Origin: an uncultured Gemmatimonadota bacterium
Lineage (GTDB): Bacteria; JAAXHH01
Length of the DNA stretch: 64,000 nucleotides
Direction of reading: 5' to 3'
NCBI GenBank assembly: GCA_951812955.1
Contig: OX638340.1
Span: forward strand, 1,568,001 to 1,632,000
The notes below the pieces were generated by a model. The model searched no databases and was not told the DNA's origin. It saw only the letters and a list, made by a program, of their open reading frames with translations. This document shows, one piece after another, positions 17,937 to 26,000 of this stretch (position 1 is the first letter of the stretch; each line of letters starts with the position of its first letter). Both the position numbers and the translations under genes were made by a program.

Positions 17937-18700
17937 TGGCAGAACTCAACGATATAGCCAACGACTTTCTTAAAGACGAAATAGAAGAGTTCATCGAAAG
18001 ACCCAACGAGCGGACGCGGATCATCGATGCCTTCGCCCGGGCGACGCCGGCCATGCAGGAGATCTCCGCGGCGCTCATCGACGGGGACAACGGCACGGTC
18101 GACACGCTTACCCGGGCGGCGCTGGACGATGGTATCGAGGCCCTGGAGGTGATGGACGACGGCCTGATCAACGGCATGAGCATCGTGGGCATCAAGTTCC
18201 GGGAGAACTTCATCTTCGTCCCGGAGGTCCTGGCCTGTGCCCGCGCCATGAAGGCCGGCATGGCCCACATCGAACCCATTCTCTCCGCCTCGGGCATCCA
18301 GCCGGTCGGCAAGGTCATCATGGGCACGGTCAAGGGCGACCTTCACGACATCGGTAAAAACCTGTGCATCATGATGCTGCGCGGCGCCGGGTTCGTGGTC
18401 CATGACCTCGGTGTAGACACCTCCGAGGACGAGTTCATGGACGCCGTGGAGGAACACGAAGCCCCCCTGGTGGGCATGTCGGCCCTGCTCACCACGACCA
18501 TGCCCAACATGGGCAAGACCATCGACGCTTTCATCGATAACGACATGCGTGAAGACGTAAAGATCATGGTGGGCGGCGCGTCGGTCACCCAGGAGTTCGC
18601 CGATGACATGGGCGCCGACGGCACCGCCGAAGACGCGGTTGGATGCGTGGAACTGGCCAACCGCCTCCTCGTGGAACTCAAGCAGGAACAGGAAGCCTGA
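17937..18700 (+). CDS. Corrinoid (cobalamin-binding) protein, MtaC/MtbC/MetH-B12-domain type
   Basis: N-terminal B12-binding_2 cap helix bundle followed by a Rossmann B12-binding domain with the DxHxxG motif (GDLHDIGKN) and MVGG. An alternative GTG at 17867 is less likely. Confidence 0.85.
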
Positions 18701-18845
18701 GTAAGTTAATCGCACCTCACGGCCTGGCGGACCGGCGGTCCGATCCCGTTTCGGCGCGGGTGGTTAAGTGGCACGGCCGGGAAAGCAGCCGGGCTGGCAG
18801 ATTGGCGCGGCTGGCCGCAGCAGGATCCCTTCCCTACATTAATCC

Positions 18846-20873
18846 ATGAAAAAGATCGACAAGGCGGCGTACCAGAAGCGCCTGGACCGCATCACGGCCA
18901 TCTTCAAGGACATGATGGCTCACGCGACAGAACAGGCCACCTACCGCTGCCCATACAAAAACCGTTTTGACGAATGTACCGCCCGGTTCGGGTGCCGTAA
19001 CCAGCGCAAACCGAGGGAAGCCGGCGGCCTGCTCATGTGCGGAGGGGACGACAAACTCGACTACCGCGGCGCATGGGAGACGGAGGAAGCCCCGCACGAA
19101 AGACCGGAGCAGGTACATACGACGGATCAAAAACCGGACGCACGCCCGTCTGCGGTGCGAGAAGATGTTGTGGCTACGAGCATGGATGAAGCAGATCGTA
19201 CAGGACGGGCCGCGCCGAATGTGACCATGGATACGTCCTCAGATCCACCCGGCGGCACGGTAACCGACGGCACGACGACCCGGCCCGCGGTCATCGGCAA
19301 ATCCATCTTCGATTACGCCGACGACCTCGCCGTCCAGGTGCCCACCTCCTGTTTCCGCAACGGCATATGTCACGAGTGCATCGTGGAAATCAAACAAGGG
19401 ATGGAAGGGCTCGTGCCCAGGTCCAAGCCGGAATCCTTCCTGCGCGAGAACTACCGGCTCGCCTGCCAGGCGCGCGTGATCGACCCCAATGTGGACATCG
19501 CCTTCGCTCCGCTCCGCCGAACGCCCAAGATCCTGACCGTTACCGAAGAAAAGGAAACGCCGCTCGATCCCCTGGTCACCCGGCGGGGCGATGACATCTT
19601 CTACGACGGCGAGCAGGTCGACCTGTTCCGCGGACACGTGTACGGGCTCGCGATCGACCTGGGCACGACCACGGTGGTCATGGATTTCGTGGACCTGGAG
19701 ACCGGCCGGAGCGTCCACGTCTGTTCCTTCGAGAACCCCCAGCGCTTCGGCGGCAGCGACGTGATGCACCGCATCTCATACGACGGCGGGTTCGAGGACG
19801 AACTCTGGAACGCCATCATCAACGCCGTCAACCACGAGATCATGGACTGGTGCGAGCGGACGGAAACCGCGCGGCAGGAGATCTACGAGATCGTCGTGGC
19901 GGGCAACTCCACCATGCGCGACCTCTTCTTCCGCCTCGACGTACAGAGCATCGGCCAGAAACCCTACAAGTCGCAGATCGAAAACGAATACCTCGCGGGC
20001 GAACGAGATACCACGGCGCTGACCATCGGCACCCGGCGGCTCGGCCTGCGGGCCAATCCAAAGGCCCGTGTCTACGGCCTGCCCATTATCGCCAGCCACG
20101 TGGGCGGCGACGTGACGGCCGACCTGGCCACCGTCGACCTGGCTGCGCGGCCGGGCGTATCCATGCTGGTGGACGTGGGCACCAATACCGAGGTGGTCGT
20201 GGCAGGCAACGGACGCATGGTCACGGCTTCGTGCCCCGCCGGTCCCGCCTTCGAGGGCGGCGGAATCAAGTACGGCATGCCAGGCTACGAAGGCGCCATT
20301 GAAACATTGAAGTGGGAAGACGGGCGGTTCGACTGGCGCACCATCGGAGACTCCGCGCCCCAGGGCATCTGCGGCTCCGGGCTGATCGATCTCCTCGCCG
20401 AACTGCGCCGCCACGGCATGATGAGCCCGAAGGGGGTGTTCCCCGACCGGAAACAATTCGAGGTGCCCGTCGTAGCCGAATCCGGCATCACCCTGTCCCG
20501 GCAGGACGCCAGCAACCTGGCCCAGGCCAAGGCAGCCAACTACTGCGGCCAATACATCGTCCTCCGCGCCTTCGGCGTCGCGCCGGGCGACGTGGACCGG
20601 CTCTTCCTTGCGGGCGGTTTCGCCAACTACGTGGACGTGCGAAACGCCATCGACATCGGGTTCCTGGCCCCCGTGCCCGAAGACCGCATCTTCAAGGTCG
20701 GCAACGCCGCCGTCCAGGGTGCCCGGGAGATCCTCCTCTCCCGTTCGCGCCGCAAGGAAATGGAAACGCAGGTCAAGGACATCGAGCACATCGAGCTCGA
20801 GACTACCCCCGACTTTTTCGAGATCTTCGTCGAAGCCTGCCAGTTCAAGCCTATGCCGGGCGTGCTGGTGTAG
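18846..20873 (+). CDS. RACo-type reductive activator of corrinoid proteins ([2Fe-2S] ferredoxin domain plus ASKHA ATPase) with an unusual ~135-aa N-terminal extension
   Basis: Plant-type ferredoxin Cys pattern (CFRNGICHECIV ... LACQARV), then an ASKHA/DUF4445-like region (GLAIDLGTTTVV, VDVGTNTE, ICGSGLIDL). Start is uncertain; in-frame ATGs at about 19182 and 19227 are alternatives. Confidence 0.8.
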   Translation: MKKIDKAAYQKRLDRITAIFKDMMAHATEQATYRCPYKNRFDECTARFGCRNQRKPREAGGLLMCGGDDKLDYRGAWETEEAPHERPEQVHTTDQKPDARPSAVREDVVATSMDEADRTGRAAPNVTMDTSSDPPGGTVTDGTTTRPAVIGKSIFDYADDLAVQVPTSCFRNGICHECIVEIKQGMEGLVPRSKPESFLRENYRLACQARVIDPNVDIAFAPLRRTPKILTVTEEKETPLDPLVTRRGDDIFYDGEQVDLFRGHVYGLAIDLGTTTVVMDFVDLETGRSVHVCSFENPQRFGGSDVMHRISYDGGFEDELWNAIINAVNHEIMDWCERTETARQEIYEIVVAGNSTMRDLFFRLDVQSIGQKPYKSQIENEYLAGERDTTALTIGTRRLGLRANPKARVYGLPIIASHVGGDVTADLATVDLAARPGVSMLVDVGTNTEVVVAGNGRMVTASCPAGPAFEGGGIKYGMPGYEGAIETLKWEDGRFDWRTIGDSAPQGICGSGLIDLLAELRRHGMMSPKGVFPDRKQFEVPVVAESGITLSRQDASNLAQAKAANYCGQYIVLRAFGVAPGDVDRLFLAGGFANYVDVRNAIDIGFLAPVPEDRIFKVGNAAVQGAREILLSRSRRKEMETQVKDIEHIELETTPDFFEIFVEACQFKPMPGVLV

Positions 20874-21122
20874 GGTGGATTGTCGACCTCGGGTATTCTA
20901 TACTAGATCTGGGATGGGAATTCAACTATTGCTATAGATCGGGTTAAAGTACTCACTGATGCATGTTCAGCCTGAGGCCTCCACAAAGAAATCATCGGTT
21001 CGAAAGGTCTGCATTTTGAGTTCCTGAATGTATTGTGATGTCTTTTATGTTGCGTGTTTTCAATATGTACAGTATTCGTTAGAAATATAGATAGTGGTGC
21101 CAACATTTTCATCGAGATTGCT

Positions 21123-21347
21123 ATGCGTCGATTCAAGATCATTGTTGAAGAACATCAGGATGGTTACGTAGCGTATCCATTAGGGCTCTCCGGAATAGTT
21201 GTTGGCCAGGGTGATACGTACGACAACGCGGTAGCGGATGTCAAATCTGCTATAGAATTCCATATCGAGAGCTTTGGAACAACGGTATTTGAGGAAGAAT
21301 CTGACGTTCTTCGCGCTTTCGTCACTGATGCGGAGTTCGTAGACTGA
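21123..21347 (+). CDS. hicB: HicB-like antitoxin (UPF0150 family)
   Basis: MRRFKIIVEEHQDGYVAYPLGLSGIVVGQGDTYDNAVADVKSAIEFHIE matches the HicB/UPF0150 pattern. Lies in a low-GC region. Confidence 0.6.
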   Translation: MRRFKIIVEEHQDGYVAYPLGLSGIVVGQGDTYDNAVADVKSAIEFHIESFGTTVFEEESDVLRAFVTDAEFVD

Positions 21348-21541
21348 TGGCAGGTTTTCCTGTCGACGCACCTCGTCAACGAGTTAAACGTACTCTGAGC
21401 AAACTGGGATTCAAGGTCGTCCGTGAAGGCAATCATATAAACAGTTCTTGTTTCCGCTCTATGCGGAATTACTGTAGTCCATGGCTTTGTTGCCAGCAAC
21501 TCGCTGAGATTCCCCCCTATCGGATATTCCAAAAACACTGA
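21347..21541 (+). CDS. hicA: HicA-like toxin candidate (YcfA family N-terminus), possibly degenerate in its C-terminal half
   Basis: RVKRTLSKLGFKVVREGNHI resembles the HicA dsRBD-like start, but downstream the sequence loses the conserved HP...VP...G motifs. Overlaps the hicB stop in a TGATG junction. Confidence 0.35.
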   Translation: MAGFPVDAPRQRVKRTLSKLGFKVVREGNHINSSCFRSMRNYCSPWLCCQQLAEIPPYRIFQKH

Positions 21542-21550
21542 ACCCGCAAA

Positions 21551-22495
21551 ATGTTCCACCTCCGTCCCGCCCGTCCCTCGTCCGATGAATCGGGCATCGC
21601 TTCCGTCGTCAACGCCTTCGAACAGAATCCGGTTTCAGTAGATACCGTACGCGAGTGGCTGACCCATGGTGCGCCGGGCAGAATCAGCTATCGCCAGGTG
21701 GCTGTGACCCGTGACGACGTCGTTGCAGGTTACGCGGTGTCGGTGCATGAAACCTGGAATCCGGAAGGGCAGTTCTATGCCTGGGTGGGCGTGGCGCCTG
21801 CGTGGCGGGGACGAGGTATCGGCTCAGCGCTGTACATAGACTTGATGCAATTTCTGGAGCAACACGACGCCGGTACGATTACGAGCGAGGTCCGGGACGA
21901 CTGCGCCATCTCGCTGGCATTCGCCGAGCGACACGGATTCGAAAAAGACCGGCATCTGTTTCAGTCGAGCCTGGACCTCGAAGCCTTCGACGAATCACCC
22001 TATCTGGGCACGCTTGGCGGAGTCGCCGAGGCGGGTATACGTGTGCGCTCAATTGCGGATTTCGGCGACACGCCGGACGCTCGCAGGAAACTCTACGAAG
22101 TCAACGCGATAACCGACCAGGACGTGCCTGGCTGGATCGGACCCGGGCTTTCCTTTGAGGAATTCAACGAGTGGGTGTACGTTTCGGAATGGTACCGGCC
22201 GGATGGCCAGTTGCTTGCGGCCGATGGGGATCGCTGGGTCGGGATCTGTGCGGTGCGGCTATACCCCGATGCGTGCCTGGCCTTCAACGTGCACACCGGG
22301 GTGATCCGGGCGTATCGAAAGCGTCATGTCGCGGTGGCGCTGAAACTGGCCGCGATTCGCTATGCCAGGAATCAAGGCGCGCGATCACTCAGTACGCACA
22401 ACGATTCGATGAACGGCCCCATGCTGGCGCTCAACCGGAAATTAGGTTATGTCCCGGAGCCGGGACGGTATACGCTGCGTGGGACGATGACCTGA
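21551..22495 (+). CDS. GNAT family N-acetyltransferase (tandem GNAT-like domains)
   Basis: Acetyl-CoA binding motif AWRGRGIGSALY and a second GNAT-like half. Confidence 0.75.
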   Translation: MFHLRPARPSSDESGIASVVNAFEQNPVSVDTVREWLTHGAPGRISYRQVAVTRDDVVAGYAVSVHETWNPEGQFYAWVGVAPAWRGRGIGSALYIDLMQFLEQHDAGTITSEVRDDCAISLAFAERHGFEKDRHLFQSSLDLEAFDESPYLGTLGGVAEAGIRVRSIADFGDTPDARRKLYEVNAITDQDVPGWIGPGLSFEEFNEWVYVSEWYRPDGQLLAADGDRWVGICAVRLYPDACLAFNVHTGVIRAYRKRHVAVALKLAAIRYARNQGARSLSTHNDSMNGPMLALNRKLGYVPEPGRYTLRGTMT

Positions 22496-22575
22496 AGCCC
22501 TCCGGTACATCTCAGTCATTCAATTCGAGAATGAAGTCCTTTCCAGGCTCACGACACGCAGAACGCGGACGCCCC

Positions 22576-22977
22576 TTACCCTCCCATCATCGCAATACGC
22601 CGTGCCATCCACTCTACGTAGGCCGTACGTGTCATTCCCCGCCTGTCTGCCTCGCTATCTATAAACACCGCCACGCCTTCGTCAATCGCCATATGTATGC
22701 GCACGCTACGCCCGGACTGACGGATTAACGGCACTGTCGTCAGGGCCTCTCCCGGCTCTGTACTAACCTGCTCCAGTTTACTTGGTTGGATTACCCTGTC
22801 CCCATCAGTTTCCGTTTCAATTACGTAATCTCGTAGTGCTTCTTCAGCGTTCAGCAATGCCTCGTCGATGGTGTCGCCCATAGCGGCGATTCCTGGAAGA
22901 TCCGGGAAGGATACGCCATAGGCACCCATTTCACCATCTATCAATGCCGGATATCGGATAGCATTAAATACCTGCAT
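22576..22977 (-). CDS. hicB: HicB family antitoxin with C-terminal ribbon-helix-helix-like DNA-binding region
   Basis: YPALIDGEMGAYGVSFPDLPGIAAMGDTIDEALLNAEEALRDY is a classic HicB N-domain. Immediately downstream of the hicA gene on the minus strand. Confidence 0.75.
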   Translation of the reverse strand: MQVFNAIRYPALIDGEMGAYGVSFPDLPGIAAMGDTIDEALLNAEEALRDYVIETETDGDRVIQPSKLEQVSTEPGEALTTVPLIRQSGRSVRIHMAIDEGVAVFIDSEADRRGMTRTAYVEWMARRIAMMGG

Positions 22978-23001
22978 GTCTGAACCCTCCTACATCAAGG
23001 A

Positions 23002-23244
23002 CTAGATCTGCCAGTTTGCTTTCTTCGCAATGGTTCGTACGACACCTGGCGATATTCTCCTGTGTCTCGGCAGCGTAATTACACCTCGATTACATGGATG
23101 GCGGTAAACGTCATGCTTGGCCCCATGCCGGAACAGGTACCAACCTTCCTTTTTAATCGTCGCTCGATTTTGGTCGTGTTGGATTCCATTAAGCCACGCA
23201 ATTTTGTGCAAATATATGCACATAATGAGTTTCTTGTCAATCAT
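23002..23244 (-). CDS. hicA: HicA family mRNA interferase toxin
   Basis: KKEGWYLFRHGAKHDVYRHPCNRGVITLPRHRRISPGVVRTIAKKANW matches the HicA/YcfA pattern (G-W, HP, TVP, G-T-L). Confidence 0.65.
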   Translation of the reverse strand: MIDKKLIMCIYLHKIAWLNGIQHDQNRATIKKEGWYLFRHGAKHDVYRHPCNRGVITLPRHRRISPGVVRTIAKKANWQI

Positions 23245-23339
23245 TTCTTATTCAGTCGAGTTTCTTGTTAAAACCTCGACTAATGGAGTAATGACACCGT
23301 GGTGGACACAGCCAGTGCGAGATGTACATACGCGGAGTA

Positions 23340-23352
23340 TCTACATTGTAGA
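23340..23352. promoter_or_regulatory. Perfect inverted repeat TCTACA-T-TGTAGA just upstream of the mazE RBS; candidate MazE/MazEF autoregulatory operator
   Basis: Palindrome read directly from the sequence. AGGAGG RBS at 23356-23361; mazE ATG at 23367. Confidence 0.45.
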
Positions 23353-23366
23353 CACAGGAGGCTCGA

Positions 23367-23606
23367 ATGAAATCCCGTGTGAAGAAATGGGGCAACAGCC
23401 TGGCACTTCGCATCCCGAAACCTGTCACGGTCCAGATGGGCGTCAAGGACGATTCACCCGTTGTACTCGTGCTCCGGGGCAAGGAATTGACCCTTGTACC
23501 GTTGGAACGAACTCATCTGAAACTCCCCGAGTTGCTTTCGGGCATCTCGAGACATAACCTGCACGGAAGAACTAGCATCGGAAGCCCCGGTGCCGGTGAA
23601 GCATAA
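23367..23606 (+). CDS. mazE: MazE/PemI-type antitoxin (SpoVT/AbrB swapped-hairpin domain)
   Basis: KKWGNSLALRIPK motif. Sits immediately upstream of the mazF-like gene. Confidence 0.75.
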   Translation: MKSRVKKWGNSLALRIPKPVTVQMGVKDDSPVVLVLRGKELTLVPLERTHLKLPELLSGISRHNLHGRTSIGSPGAGEA

Positions 23607-23962
23607 TGGGTACAACGACCTACGTACCCGTTCGGGGCGAGGTGGTGTGGGTCTACTCCCGAGCGCGGGAGGGATCATACCTGCCTTCGAGGCGTCCCGC
23701 CGTTACCATATCTCCCGAACCCTACAATCGTCGGACCGGCCTGGCTCTTTTCTGCCCGGTCACTGGCGAAGAGAAGGGATATCCCTTCGAAGTCAAGATT
23801 CCACCCGGACTGCCGGTGCCCGGGGTTATCCTGTCCGATCAGTTGGAAAGCGTGGACTGGCGATCCGGTGCGATGGAACGGATCTGTGCGCTGCCCTCGG
23901 AGACGATGGATGAAGTCCTCCGAAAATCCGCGGCGCTGCTCGATGGGGAAGACCGGCCTTGA
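23606..23962 (+). CDS. mazF: MazF/PemK family endoribonuclease toxin
   Basis: YVPVRGEVVWV ... RRPAVTISPEPYNRRTGLALFCPVTGEEKGYPFEV matches PemK/MazF. Overlaps the mazE stop in a TAATG junction. Confidence 0.8.
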   Translation: MGTTTYVPVRGEVVWVYSRAREGSYLPSRRPAVTISPEPYNRRTGLALFCPVTGEEKGYPFEVKIPPGLPVPGVILSDQLESVDWRSGAMERICALPSETMDEVLRKSAALLDGEDRP

Positions 23963-24032
23963 CGGGAAACAGCAATAGTGTCATTACTTCAGATGAGAGC
24001 ATTCGAGAACTGCATGGCACCGGGGAACAACC

Positions 24033-25025
24033 TTGTCTCAGCCAACCATGAAACGCGTCATCAAACCCGAAGGCCTCCACCGGATCGAGATCGAAGAGGT
24101 GCCAATACCCGAGCCGGGTGCCGGAGAAATCCGTGTGAAGGCTGCCTGCAGCCTGATCAGCCGGGGTTCGGAACTGGGTGGCCGTTATACGCGGGAACAC
24201 GCGGTTAGCCCGGACATCATGGGCTATTCCATGGCGGGGACGGTGGACGCCCTGGGGGAAGGCATCGAACACCTGGAAATCGGGGACCGCGTCGTCGCGC
24301 TGGCGCCCCACGCCCAGTACGTCGTCCGGCCTGCCCGGCTCGTTTTTCCGTGGGACCAGACTGTCGTCATGCCCATGCCGGCGGACCTTTCCTTCGACAG
24401 CGCGCCTTACTACCCGCTCACGGCCGGTGCGGTTACCTGGGTGGAAGTGGAGGATATTCAGCCCCAGGACACGGTTGTCGTGCTCGGCCAGGGTCTCGTT
24501 GGCAACCTGATCCTTCAGGTCATCAAGGCGAATGGAGCCGGCAGGGTGGTGGCCGTGGACGCACTGGCCAATCGGTGTGCCTTGGCAGCGGAGTTTGGTG
24601 CCGATACGGTAGTCAACGCCCGCGAGGAAGATCCCGTCAAGGCCGTGAAGCGCCTTACCAACGGATTAGGGGCCGACATCGTGATCTACGCCGTGGGCGG
24701 TCCGGCTGGACCTACAGCGTTTGAGCAGGGACTCGACATGCTCGCCATTGGCGGGCTGATCCACCTGATCGGACTGTACGAGGACCAGCCTCTTTCTCTG
24801 CCTTCAGGTAAGATTCAGGGACGCAAACTGCTGGGAGGTTACTTCCGGACTCAAGCGGGTGCCCGCCAGTCCCGACGCGCCATGGAACTCCTCGCCTCGG
24901 GCGCGATCCGGACCGATCGAATGACCACGCACCGCTTTACCTGGCGCCAGGCAGCCGACGCTTTTGCGCTACTTTACGAGAAACCGAGCGACGCGTTAGG
25001 CGTCCTGCTCGATTGGCAGGATTGA
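24033..25025 (+). CDS. Zinc-type medium-chain dehydrogenase/reductase (MDR) family oxidoreductase
   Basis: GroES-like N-domain and Rossmann VLGQGLVGNL. Polyol/threonine dehydrogenase-like topology. Confidence 0.75.
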   Translation: MSQPTMKRVIKPEGLHRIEIEEVPIPEPGAGEIRVKAACSLISRGSELGGRYTREHAVSPDIMGYSMAGTVDALGEGIEHLEIGDRVVALAPHAQYVVRPARLVFPWDQTVVMPMPADLSFDSAPYYPLTAGAVTWVEVEDIQPQDTVVVLGQGLVGNLILQVIKANGAGRVVAVDALANRCALAAEFGADTVVNAREEDPVKAVKRLTNGLGADIVIYAVGGPAGPTAFEQGLDMLAIGGLIHLIGLYEDQPLSLPSGKIQGRKLLGGYFRTQAGARQSRRAMELLASGAIRTDRMTTHRFTWRQAADAFALLYEKPSDALGVLLDWQD

Positions 25026-25028
25026 GCG

Positions 25029-25922
25029 CTAAACCAATCCCAGCCTCGTCAACAGGTCGTTCAGGTCCGCCAGGGTCCCGTCGTCCAGCGGAACGAAGGG
25101 CTGGCGAGCCCGGGCGGTCTTGATGGCGCCCCGTCTCTGGTAGACGTTCTTGCGGATGGAAAGCCCGATACCGGGCTGGCCCTCGAAGCGGATCAACGGG
25201 CAATACCTGTAAAAGGTCTCGGTAGCGCCGTCGATGTCGCCGGACATGTACTTCGTGTGGATGTCCTTCAGGATGTCCGGGTAGGCGAAGCCGGTCATGG
25301 TGCCCATGCATCCATGGCGCAGTTCCTCGAGGAGCATGACGCCGCCCAGGCCGCCGAAGATCTCCATGTTCGGATTGGCCGCGAGCACCTGGCTGGCCTT
25401 CCTCGGAGATGGTTCCTCCTCCAGCTTGAGAAACCGGCACTGCGGGGAGCGGTCGGCGATGGCCGCGATGAAGTCGATGCTCATCAGGACCCCGCTGCTG
25501 GTGGGGTGATCCTGTACCACGATCGGCAACGACACGGCGTCGGCCACCTTGAGGTAGTGGGCGAGCAATGCCTCGTCCGTGCCCTTGGCCAGCTTGGACG
25601 GCGCCACCATGAGCGAGGAGGCGCCCAGTTCTTCCGCCCGTCTGCTGAGCGCAACGCAACCGTCCGTTCCCGTGTGGCTGGTTCCCACGCAGATGGGGAT
25701 GCGGCCATTCGCCGCCTCGACCACGCCGGCGATCACCTGGTCCCGTTCGGATTCCACCAGCTTGCTGGTCTCACCCATGACGCCAAGTATGGTTATACCG
25801 TCGATACCCAGATCGATCAGGAAATGGGTCAGCGTCGACAGGCTGCCCGTGTCCAGGCTGCCGTCCTCTTCGAACGGGGTTGGGGCGATGGTATACACGC
25901 CCTTAGGGTCTTGGTCTGCCAT
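25029..25922 (-). CDS. Dihydrodipicolinate synthase/N-acetylneuraminate lyase (DapA) family class I aldolase
   Basis: DHDPS-family TIM barrel (GVMGETSKL, Schiff-base Lys region). Start chosen at MADQDP; the ORF extends to 25943. Confidence 0.8.
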   Translation of the reverse strand: MADQDPKGVYTIAPTPFEEDGSLDTGSLSTLTHFLIDLGIDGITILGVMGETSKLVESERDQVIAGVVEAANGRIPICVGTSHTGTDGCVALSRRAEELGASSLMVAPSKLAKGTDEALLAHYLKVADAVSLPIVVQDHPTSSGVLMSIDFIAAIADRSPQCRFLKLEEEPSPRKASQVLAANPNMEIFGGLGGVMLLEELRHGCMGTMTGFAYPDILKDIHTKYMSGDIDGATETFYRYCPLIRFEGQPGIGLSIRKNVYQRRGAIKTARARQPFVPLDDGTLADLNDLLTRLGLV

Positions 25923-26000
25923 GCGAATTCCTTTCAAAATCAAAATTTGAAACTGAGGTTAGGAAGCTGGTTCCGTGATGCCGTGAGCCAGTTCTTTCGA

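Noticed and set aside
19776-20789. 337-aa minus-strand ORF inside the RACo gene
   Set aside because: Antisense shadow. RACo ASKHA motifs are on the plus strand.
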